Shown: piece after piece, positions 24,907 to 35,625 of the stretch | Numbering within the stretch: the stretch's first letter is position 1 | How the letters are laid out: each line of letters starts with the position of its first letter | Assembly: GCA_014905635.1 (NCBI GenBank) | Contig: JABVCE010000010.1 | Location: 62,001-126,000 of the forward strand | Source: Scenedesmus sp. PABB004 | Taxonomy: Eukaryota | Length of the DNA stretch: 64,000 nt | Reading direction: 5' to 3' | Position numbers and translations under genes: made by a program | Notes under the pieces: generated by a model | The model's database searches: none | The model's input: the letters and a program-made list of their open reading frames with translations, nothing else | Told to the model about the DNA's origin: nothing

Positions 24907-27900
24907 ATGGCGGGCGCCCGGCGCGCCGCCGCCGGCTGCGGCGCCGCGCTGCTGCTGGCTGTGCTCGCACTGGCAACAGGTGCGAGCGGGGCGCTGGGCG
25001 CGCGGGCTGGGGGCTTGGGGTGGCTTGGCTAGCTGCTTGAGGCGCGGCGCGGCGCGGCACCTCAGCGGGGCGCGCCGCTCGCCTGCCAGCCGCCGGACCG
25101 CGGCGGTGGCATGGTACGGCAGGCAGCAGGTTCAGAAGCTACAGCAGCACCAGCACCAGCAGCAGCAGCAGCAGGCCCGGATCTCGCCGCAGCGGCGGCC
25201 GGCCGGCTGGGCTGAGCTCCCCCGCCGCGCGCGCCCGCGCGCAGGCTCGCCGTCGTGCGAGGTGCGCGAGAGCAGCAGCGTGATGTTTGGCTCGCCCTGG
25301 AGCCCCAACAACCCCTACTACGTCCAGGAGGCGGCCTGGAAGAACCTGGGCAACATGACCAAGCTCAACCTCTACTACGACGAGGCGCGGCGCTGCATCG
25401 TGGGCGTGAAGCCGACCTTTGGCTGGCAGGCCGCCAACGCGCGCCGCCTCGGCGTCGAGAAGGCCGGCGGCGCGGCGCTGCACGAGAAGGACATCGCGCT
25501 CTCGCCGGGCGAGAGCATCGTCAAGGTGGAGTACAAGTTTGGCAGGTGCGGCGCGGCGCACGTGCGGCGGCAGCGCGACGCGGCCGGCGGCGCGGCGCCG
25601 CCCTGCTCACCCGCCCGGCCGCGCCCCCGCCGCCGCTGCGCGCGCTGTGTCGGCACCCGGCAGCTGCGTGACGTACCTGCGCCTCGTGACGAGCGCCGGC
25701 CGCGCGCTGGCGGTGGGCGACCCCGACGCGCCCGGCCCGCTGCAGTCGAGCGGGCCCGAGGCCGGCGGCGCGGGCGGGTGGCTGGCCTACTTCAAGGGCT
25801 ACACGCACGGCCCCAACACCGACGCCGCCACGGGCCCGCTGGAGCAGCTGCAGCTGGTGTGGGCGACCAAGCGCTGCGGGCGCCCGCTCGAGGTGCAGCG
25901 TACGGCGCAGGGCGGCGAGGTCGTGGCGGAGGTGCCGCCCGAGGCGGTGGCCGCCGGCAGCGACGACGACGACGACGACGACAAGGACAAGGACAAGGAC
26001 GGCAGCACGGCGGCCGGCGCCGGCGGCAGCGTGACCGCGGCCGAGGTCGAGGCGGTGACCACCGAGACGGTCGTGGAGGAGCCGCCGCCGCCGGGCAACG
26101 CCGGCGGCAGCGGCGCCTGCTCCGGCGGCGTGGCGTGCTCGGACGGCATGTGCGCGACGCCCAGCTGCGTGCTTAACGGAATGGGCAAGGTGCGGCGTGC
26201 GGGGGCGTCGCCGCGCGCGCGTGCGGGGGCGTCGCCGCACGGGCAGGCGCCCGCGCCGCTGCACGCCGCCGCGGCGCGCTCGCCCACTTCTCCGGCCGCG
26301 CTGCGTGCGTCGGCCGCAGGACGTGCCCGGCATGGTGTGCTACGGCACCAACATCATCCCCAACCCGCTGCTCGAGATGGTCAACGGCAACCCCTGCGCC
26401 AACCTGGCGTGCAAGCTGGACAAGCCGGGGTGCGCCTCCAAGGGCGGCTTCTGCACCGGCCGCGTCGTCGCGATGGGCGCGGCGTCGCAGCTGCACGCGT
26501 CCGGCCGCGCGCACGTGGGGCACCCCTGCGTCGAGCACAAGGCGCCGCTGCTGGGCCTCGTGCCGGCCGCCGACTACGACGCCAAGGGCACGTACGTGTC
26601 GCGCGCGTGGAAGGTCTGCGACTGCGTGATGGGACTCGCCCTGCCCAAGCTCCCCGGCCTCGGCGCGATCACCGCGACCGTCGGCGTCGGCGGGTCCGGG
26701 TCCGGCGGCGCCAAGTCATTCCCCACGCTGCCCTCGTTCCCCTTCCTGAGCAAGAAGCTGGTCAACATGAGCCTGCCCGACGTGGTCGCGCAGTGGGTCG
26801 CGGCCAACGCGGCCGACGCGGCGCTGCCGCGGCTGAGCCTCGACAAGGGCCTCGCGGCCAAGCTCAGCGGCCTCGTGCCTGACTTCACCCTCCCCGCGCT
26901 CGTGCTGCCCAAGTTCAGCAAGCCCCTGCTCAGCCTGCCCTCCGGGTTCAGCCTGCCCGTCATTGAGCTGCCCGCGGGCAACCACTCGCTCGCCAAGATC
27001 GCGGAGCTCCTGCCCGACATCACCTCCCTGCCCACAATCGTGCTGCCGACCTGGACCGACCTCAAGGCCGCGCTGCCAAAGGTCACCATGCCGCAGGTGC
27101 GGCCGCGCGCGCGCGGGCCGCAGCGGGCGGGCGGCGGCTGGCGGCCGGCTGCGCCACCGGCTGCGCGCGGCTGCACGCGGCCTCCCGATCGCCCGCCCGC
27201 CCACGCACTCGCACTCGCGCCCAGGTCACGGTGAGCAACCTGGACGACTGGGCCGCCTCGTTCGAGGTGCCGCACCTGCCCAAGTTCTCCCTCCCCAACG
27301 CGACGTTTGTGGACGCGGCAAAGGAGCTGGCCGCGGCGGTGCAGCTCAGCCTGCCGCTGCCAAAGTTCAGCCTCGACGCCAAGTCGCTCGCCGCGCTCGC
27401 GGCGGCGCTGCCCGACTTCAAGGCCCCTGCGCTGCTCATCCCCAACGTCAGCCTGCCGCTGCTCAAGCTGCCGTCGCCGTTCCAGCTGCCCGTCGTGACG
27501 CTGCCCCAGGACGCGGCGCTGCTGACCAAGGTCGGCAAGCTGCTGCCGCGCCTCAGCGCGCTGCCGGCGTGGGTCGTGCCCGCGGCGAGCGTGGACTTCA
27601 AGCTCCCGGCGTGGGGCGTCAAGAACGTGACCATCCCCACCTTTGACGCCATCTGGGCGGCGCTCGCGGCCAAGCTGCCCGACGTGTCGGCGCCGCGGCT
27701 GCCCATCAGCGTCACGATCGCGCCGCTCATCAAGCCCGACCTCACGCCGCTCGCCAACGCGCTCGCGGCCGCCAAGAAGGCGCCGTCCGTCGAGGTCAAC
27801 TGGGGCGCGCTGCCCTCGCTGCTGAGTGGCCTCAAGGCGCGCCTGCTGCGCGGCGCCAAGGGCGGCGGCATCGACGTCGCGGGCCTCGTGAGCGCCGTCG

Positions 27901-28955
27901 CGGCGGACAACGTGTTCACGCAGCTCGGCGACGGCTTTGAGGTCTCCTTCGAGGCGCCCGCCGCGCTCGCGCAGTGGATCGCGGGCGTGGCGCAGCACTC
28001 CAACGTCAGCACCGTCGCGCTCGACAAGCCCAGCCTCGCCGCGCTCTCCGCCGCGCTGCCCGGGCTGATGCCCAAGTCGGGCGCCGCGCTGCTGTCGGTC
28101 AACATGAGCGCGCCGTTCGTCAAGGCGCCGCGCGGGGTGGCCGCGGTCACCGTGCCCGACGCGGCGCTGCCGCGCGTCGCGGCGGTGCTGCCCAACCTCA
28201 CCTACGCGCCCACGCTCGTCGCGCCGGCGGGCGACGACGCGCTGGCCCGGCACCTCACGCTGCCCGACGTCGCGCACCCGAGCCTCGTCGCCGCGATCAA
28301 CCAGGTGCTCGGCAAGGCGCGCGACCAGGGCGTCAAGGCGGGCGGCCCGCCCGACAGCAACCTGGTCGCGGTCAAGCTCGACGCGCCGCCCGCCGCGGCG
28401 GCGGCGAAGCCGGTGGAGGTGCCCACCGCGCCCGCGGGCGCGGCGCCGGTGGCGCTGGAGCCGGTCGCGGAGCCCACACCCGTGCCCGCCGCGGAGGTGC
28501 CCGCGCCCGCCGCCGCCGAGCCGGCCGCGGCGGGGGCCGCCGCCGCGCCCGCGGTGACAGTGGAGCCCGCGGCCGCGACCGCGCCCGCCGCCGCGCCGCC
28601 GGTGGGCGAGGCGTCGGTTGCCGAGGCCACCCCGGCCGACGTGCTGGGCAACGGCGCCGCGCCGGGCGCCACGGCCGCGGCGGCCGAGGCGCAGCCGGTG
28701 CCCGTGGCCGCCGCGGCCGCGGTGCCGGCGGGCGCGGCGCCCGGGGCCGCGGCGCCCGCGCCCGCGGGCGCGGCGCCGGCCGACGCGGCCGCCAAGCCCG
28801 AGTCTGGCATGCTGCTGGACGACGAGGGCGCCATGATCATGACCGGCGCGGGGCCGGCGACGGCCTACATGGACCCCGCCGAGTTCTACGCGCTCGACGC
28901 CGAGACGCAGGCCGCGTTCCGGGCGATCTTTGCCGGCGAGCCCATCCCGGCGTGA
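24907..28955 (+). CDS. Secreted jacalin-like lectin / Cys-rich / Leu-Pro-repeat protein, paralog B
   Basis: Signal peptide [25 protein letters not shown] with the same intron-1 position as A and C; IALSPGESIVKVEYKFG|SCVTYLRLVTSAGR...WLAYFKGY...LEQLQLVW; same Cys block. Confidence 0.82.
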
Positions 28956-29130
28956 CGGCGCGGCGGCGCGCGGAGGGGGCGGGCGATTGATTGACTGAGC
29001 CTTGGCTCGACAGACCCCAGGGGGCTGGGGCGGCGGGAGGGGCGGGACGGTTGGCGGGCGGCCGGCGCCACGTGAGCGGGGCGGCGCACTAGCGGCCGCC
29101 CGAACGCGGCAGGGGGGCATGGGGCGTTGG

Positions 29131-29964
29131 GGCGGTGATCACCAGCTGTGTGACGTGCTGGTGCGATGGCAGCCTGCGCGTGGAGTGCCACGCGGCGGCC
29201 AAGCGCTGTGAGCCGTCGCCAGCCCCTGGCTGCTGCCCCTGCGCGCCTGCTTCCAGCGCCGCAGGGCTGGTCAGGCGAGCCAGGCGACACAGATCAGCTG
29301 CGCATCAGCACCCGCCCTGCTCACGGACCGCTGACCAGCCGCAGCGCGGCGGGGCCGCCCTCGCCGCTGCCAGCTCGCAATCGCGGCAGCCCAATCGCCG
29401 CCTATCGCAGTGCGCGGCAGCTCCACGGGCCACTCAGCAGCTCGAGCCGGCCGAGAGGGCACACCTCGCAGTTGCGTCGCTCGCCAATCGCGCGGGCGCC
29501 CTGAAACCGCCACGTACATCATCTGGTTGGCGCCCCTCCCGCACCGCAGACGGCGCTCCAGGTCGCAATCTGGATCCCGGGAGCGTTGCCTTGGCTTGAT
29601 CGATCTTTTGCGCACCAGCTCCGCCCCCGCGCGCCCCCGCCCGCGGCAGCAGGGGCCTGCAATGGCGCGCCTCGCCGGCCAGCTCCTGGCCGCTGGCGTG
29701 CTGCTGCTGCTGGGCATCGCGAGCTCCGTGACAGGTGTGGAGGGGGACACGCTGCCGCTTGGGCTGGGGCGCGGCAGCTGGGCGCAGCCGGGGCGCGCGC
29801 ACGGCAGCGCGGCCAGCAGCGCACAGCAGCAGCTCGGCGCGCGCGGCCGGCGCCGCTCGGCTGGCCCCCCTTAGTGCCGTGCGCCGGGACTGCTGCGGCA
29901 GCTTTTCTCGGCCAGCTTCAACCCGTGCAGCAGCGCCGCGCACCGCCGCCACGAGCGCGGCTGA
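29131..29964 (+). repeat. Inverted repeat 2, right copy (~834 bp): promoter, signal-peptide exon and most of intron 1 of paralog C
   Basis: Reverse complement of 23508-24340. Confidence 0.95.
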
Positions 29965-32900
29965 CCCGTCGCCGCCGCCGCATGGTCCGCCGCCGCCGCA
30001 GCCGCCGCGCCGCCCGCGGGCTGCGCCGCGTCGGCCAGCGACTTTTTTGGCGCGCCCTGGCAGCCCTCGTTCGCGCTGTACAGCACCGAGTCGGCGTGGC
30101 GCAAGTACGGCGAGATGAGCCTGGTGGACCTGTTCCTGGACCACGCCGACGAGTGCGTCGTCGGCGTGAAGGCCAGCTACGGCCCCCAGGCCGACACCAC
30201 CAAGGTGCTTGGCGTCGAGACCGGCGGCGCGGCCGGCGCGGCGTCGCTCGCGCTCGCGCCGGGCGAGGTCGTCACGCGCGCGTCGGTCAAGTACGGCAGG
30301 TGAGGCGCACGCGCGGGCGCACCGCCGCGGCGCGGCTCGGCTCCTTGCGGCGCCCGCGCCCGCGCGGCGGCCGGTGGCGGCGCGCCAGGCCGCCGACTTG
30401 CGCGCCCGCGCCCGCGCCGCGCGCGCCTCCGCCGCAGCTGCATCACCTACCTCCGCCTTGACACGAGCGCGGGGCGCTCGGTCAGCGTCGGCGACGCGTC
30501 GGCGAGCGGCGGCACGTCGGCGACCATCACGCCGACCGCGCCGGGCGGCTTCCTGGCATTCCTCAAGGCCTACACCGACGAGCTGGAGACCAACCACATC
30601 CAGCGCCTGCAGCTCGCGTGGGCCGCGCCCGAGTGCGCGGGCACGCCGCTGCAGGCGCCCTCCGGGCTGCGCACCGCGGGCGTGCCCGAGGCCGTGTGCA
30701 GCCCCGGGCCCGCGTGCTCGGGCGGCATCTGCCCCACCGCCTCCTGCGCGCTCGGCGGCATGGGCAAGGTGCGCCGCGCGGCGGCGGCGGCGCGCGCGGG
30801 GGGCGCGCGACGCGGGCGCCGCGCGCTCACTCAGGCCGTGCTTGCCGCCGCCGCCGCGCTCGCTCGCTCGCCCGCTCGCTCGCACCCGGACGTCCACGCA
30901 GGACGTGCTGACGATGATGTGCTTTGGCACCAACCTCGTCCCCAACCCCCTCCTGGAGCTCGTGGCCGGCAATCCATGCACCAACCTGGCGTGCAAGCTC
31001 GACCGCGCCAACTGCACCAGCCGCGGCGTGCTCGGCGTCGGCGGCTTCTGCACGGGGCGCGTCGTGCCGATGGGCGCGGCCGCGAAGCTGCACCCGAGCG
31101 GCAAGGCCTTTGTCGGGCACCCCTGCCTGGAGCACAAGGGCCCCGTGCTGGACATCATGCCCCTCGGCGACTACACCGCGCGCGGGACGTACATTGCCAA
31201 GGCCTGGAAGGTCTGCGACTGCATCGCGGGGCTCGGCCTCGCGGACAAGGCCTTCGCCGCGGCGTCGCCCGAGAGCGGCGCGCTGAGCCTGGAGCCGTCC
31301 GAGGCGTGGCCCGTGCTGCCGGCCTTCCCCTACCTGGACAAGCCCCTCCCCGCCATGGGCCTGCCGGACGTCCTCGCGCAGTGGGTCGCCGCGCGGCAGG
31401 CCGACGCCGACCTGCCCGGCCTCGCCGTCGCGCCCGACGCCGCGGCACAGCTCGCGGCGCTGCTCCCTGGCTTTGCGCTGCCCTGCCTGCTCGTGCCGCG
31501 CGTGAGCGCGCCCCTGCTGGCGTCGCTGCCGGAGGGCCTGGGCCTGCCGCTGGTGACCATCCCCAGCACCGGCGACGGCCTCGCGTCGGTCGCGGCGCTG
31601 CTGCCCCAGCTCACCAGCCTGCCGACCATCGCCGTGGCCGCCGGCGACGCCAGCACACCGCCGCGCGCCACCCTCGCCCAGGCGCGCGCGCCGGCGGGCG
31701 GGCGGGGAGCCGGCCTGCACCGCGCGCGGCGCCGCGGCGCCTCACGCGCCCCGCGCCGCCGCCGCCGCCGCCGCCTCCGCCGCCTTGGGCGGGCGCGCAG
31801 GTCGTGGTGCCCAACCTCGCCGACCTGGCCGCCACGTTTGGCGTGCCCGCCCTGCCAAAGGTCCCGGCGCTGCCAGAGATGACCGTGAAGGTGCGTGCCA
31901 AGCTGAGCTGGCAGGCAGCGCCGCGCTGGAGAGCTGCGCCGCGCTGGCGGGCTGGGCCGCGCAGCGATGCGGCCGCGCTCACGCGCGCGCGCGCCTCGCC
32001 GCCGCCGCGGCCCCCGCAGGACGTGGTCGCGCAGTGGGACGCGGCGGTGCAGTTCGGCCTGCCGCTGCCGCAGCTGACGCTGGACGACGCGCAGCTGGCG
32101 GCGCTGACGGCGGCGCTGCCCGACTTCAAGGCCCCCGCGCTGCTCATCCCCAACGTCAGCCTGCCGCTGCTCGCGCTGCCGTCGCCGTTCCAGCTGCCCG
32201 TCGCGGCGCTGCCGGCCGGGCCGGCGACGAAGGCGGTCGCGGCGGCGCTGCCCAAGCTGACCGCGCTGCCGACGCTCGTGAGCGGCCCCGGCGGTGGTGG
32301 CGCCAAGCTGCCGGCGCTGTTCCTGCCCAACGTCACGGCGCCCGGCTTTGACGCCATCGCCGCGTCCCTCGGCGCGGCGGTGCCGGTCTGGAAGCGCCTG
32401 CCCCGGCTCATCGCGGCGGGCGTGGCGAGCCTGTCGGCGCAGGCGGGCGCGCAGCTGTCGGAGCTGCGCCTGCCTGCGCTCGCCGACCTCGCCGCGCTCG
32501 CGCAGCCGCTCGCCGACGCGGCCAGCCTCGGCGTCGACCTGCCCGCGCTCGCCGACATCGTGGCGAGCGTGCTGCAGCTCAAGACCGCGGCCGTCACCGA
32601 CGCGCCCGCCGCGCCGGCCGGCGCGCCGCTGCCGGCCGAGACGCGCGACGGCCTGCGCGAGCTCGTCGGCGGCCTGCTGTCGAGCTTTGTCGAGAGCGCG
32701 GCGGCGGGGGAGTCGCCGTTTGCGGCGCTGCAGGGCCTCACGCTGCCCGACCTGTCGGCAATGACCGGACTCTCCCTGCGCGACATGGCCGGCGTCGCGG
32801 CCGGGCTCGGCGTGAGCCTCCCCGACATGGCCGCCGCGTTCAAGGGCCTCCAGGCCAGCCTCCCCGAGCTCGCCGCGAGCTTCGGCGCGCACGCGCCCGT

Positions 32901-33627
32901 GCAGCTGCCCGGCGGCGGCGGCGGCGCGGCGCAGCCGGTGCCGACGTATGACCCCGCCGCCGCCGTGGCCGCGCCGCCGGCCGGGGCCGGGGCGCCGTAC
33001 GAGCCCGACCAGGTCGATGCGGCGTCGCTCGCGCCGCCGCCGGCCGCCGAGGCGCCGGCGGGGCTCGACGCGGCGACGCCCAAGGAGGGCGTGGCGCTGG
33101 CCATCGACGGCGCGACCGGCGCGGCGGTGCCCGTGCTCGCGCCCGACGCGGCCGCGGCCGGGGCCAGCGACCTCATCCCCACGCCCGCCGTCACCAGCGG
33201 CCGGCACCTGCTCGGCGTCGGCGTGGACGTCGCGTTTGGCGCCGGCGCGGGCCTGCCGCCGCTGCCGGCGCACGCCCACGCGGAGCTGCCGCCGCTGCCC
33301 GTGCCCGGCGCGGGCCTGCCGCCGCTGCCCGTGCCCGGCGCGGGCCTGCCGCCGCTGCCCGTGCCCGGCGCGGGCCTGCCGCTGCCGGTGCCGGCGCACG
33401 ACGGCCGCCGCGTGGGCATGCGCATCCACTCGGGCCCCAGCGTCGCCACGGCCTTCCTGGAGCCGGCCGAGTTCTTTGCCTATGACGCGGCGACGCGGCA
33501 CGCCATGCTGGCCGAGGCGCGCGCGGTCATGGCCGACGTGCACGTCGACGCCGGCGTCGCGATGGACGGCGGGCATGAGCACGACGACGACGCGCACGGC
33601 GACGTGGACGTGCACGCGCTCTGGTGA
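29662..33627 (+). CDS. Secreted jacalin-like lectin / Cys-rich / Leu-Pro-repeat protein, paralog C
   Basis: Signal peptide identical to A; LALAPGEVVTRASVKYG|SCITYLRLDTSAGR...FLAFLKAY...IQRLQLAW; CTNLACKLD...GGFCTGRVVPMG...GHPC...AWKVCDC. Confidence 0.82.
33241..33395 (+). repeat. 30-bp coding tandem repeat (GAGLPPLPVP)
   Basis: Repeated ggcgcgggcctgccgccgctgcccgtgccc. Confidence 0.85.
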
Positions 33628-33893
33628 GCGCTGGCGAGCCGCGCGCCGTGCGCACCGCGCGCGCGCGTGAGGAAACTTCCCTGGCATGATTGATCGGTCC
33701 GCAGCCTGACCGCGCGGCCGGGCGTGCTGTGTGGCCATGGGGGGTGGCGGCGACCAGGGCGGGGCTGAGCAGGGCGGGGGGGACTGCGGGCGGGCGCGGC
33801 GTGCAACGCGAGCGATCGGTCGGCGTGTCGCCCGCTCGAGGGCGCAGCTTGCGCGCGCCGCGGGCGATCGAACCTCGGCGTCGCGGCGCGCGG

Positions 33894-35175
33894 TCAGGCG
33901 CTGCGTTTCAGGTCGAACTCCACCAGCCCCGCCACCGCGGCGCGCAGCTGCACCCAGTTGCACGCCTGCTTCACCGCGACGCCCGGCAGCGCGGCGAGCG
34001 CGACGAGCGCGGCGCCCGGCAGGCCGCCGCGCCAGCGCGCCGCGAGCGCGCCGAGCGCGCCGCTGCGCGCCGCGGCGGCCGCGAGCGGCGCGGGCAGGGC
34101 CAGCCGCAGCAGGCCGGCGTCCTGGTATGCGGGGAGGTGCAGCAGGTAGAGGGCGAGGTAGGCCACCTCGCAGCACACGCAGCAAAAGCCCATGAACAGG
34201 CGGTTGCGGTAGTACGTGCGCACGAGCCAGCTGCGGCTGCCCACGTCCTGCGCGCGGCGGCGCGGCGCGCGGGCGCGGGCGCGGTGTGCGGCGCAGCGGG
34301 GGGCAGGGTCAGACCCGCGCCGCGCGGCGCACGCGGCGGGCCGCCGCGGCACGGCGCGCGGGCGGCGGTGGTGGCGCCGCGCCTTGTGTGTGCTCGCGCC
34401 GGCGAGGAGGCTTGCGTACATCTGGAACCAGTGGCTGAAGATGTCCAGCGCGATGAGAGCGATGAACAGAATGCTCCACCCCGGGTACGTCGCGCACAGC
34501 AGCGCGAGCAGGCCCGTCGTCGCGACCCTGCGCGGCGCGCGCACGCCGGGCCGGGCCGGGCCGGGCGCCCGTGGGGCTGCCGCCGGCGGCTGCTCGCGGC
34601 CGGCCGGCGGGAGAGCCCGGCCGCACCGCCACGCCGCCGCAGCGGCCGCCGCCGTGCCGCGGGCTGCTGGCCGCGGGCCGCGCCTGTCTGTGACCATGTC
34701 GAGCACCGCGCCCAGCGTGGACGTCTGGTTGAACGTGCGCGCCGCGCGGCCGTCCAGCTCGTCGCACACGAAGCTGCGCGGCGCGGCGCGGCGGCGCGAG
34801 GCGCGGCGTCAGTGCGCGGGGCGCGCTGGCGTGGCGGCCCGCGGGGCATCTTTTCCCGCCGGGGGCGGGACGGCAGGCATCGCCGCGCGCCGCGCGCCGC
34901 TGCGGCGCGCTCACGCCAGGAAGTACGCGCCCACGCAGGCCTCCGGGTATGTGGGCATGAATCCCAGCGCCAGCAGCGTCAGCACGATGCGCACGTAGCC
35001 TGCGCGCGCCGGCGGCGCGTCGGCGGCGCAACAGCAGCGCGCCGCCGGCGCGCCGGCCGCGGGGGCGGCCGTCGGCTGCCGGAATGCTCCCACCTATGAG
35101 GTTGGGGACGTAGACGTAAATGTTGGCGTGGCGGCCCAGGAAGCCCGCCCGCGCCGCCGCGCCGGCGCCGCCCAT
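33894..35175 (-). CDS. PIS1: Phosphatidylinositol synthase (CDP-diacylglycerol--inositol 3-phosphatidyltransferase)
   Basis: IYVYVPNLIGYVRI; CDP-alcohol motif DELDGRAARTFNQTSTLGAVLDMVTDR; LDIFSHWFQMYASL...HK. Confidence 0.93.
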
Positions 35176-35625
35176 CGCGCGGCGCTGCCGCCGACGCCGC
35201 CGCTCCTGCGCTGCGGTGGTGGTGCTGCTGCGGGGAGTTCGGGCCCGTGAGTGCGGGGGTGCCACGCTCGCCTGGCGGCGGCTGTGGCGCTCCCTGGCCC
35301 TGGACGCGGCACTAGAGCCCCCGTGAAATCTGTCACTGCCCGCCCGCCTAACGAGCAGCACGCACCGCGCCCGCCAGCTTCCTCCGATCACAGGGCCGCC
35401 CAGACGATCTCCCCTGGCCACCACGCACGCCACCGCGCACGCCGGCCTCTGCCGCTCACAACGCCCGCCCGCGTGCTTTGCCGTCTCCCCTGGCCGCCCG
35501 GACCGCGGCCCCAATTCCGGGCCGAGCATAGCTTGCGCCCGGTCTAACGAGCAGCGGCCGCCGCGCGCCGGCGGCAGCGGCGGCGCACGCGCCCGCCCGC
35601 CTGGCGCGCCCGCCAGCGTGGCGCG

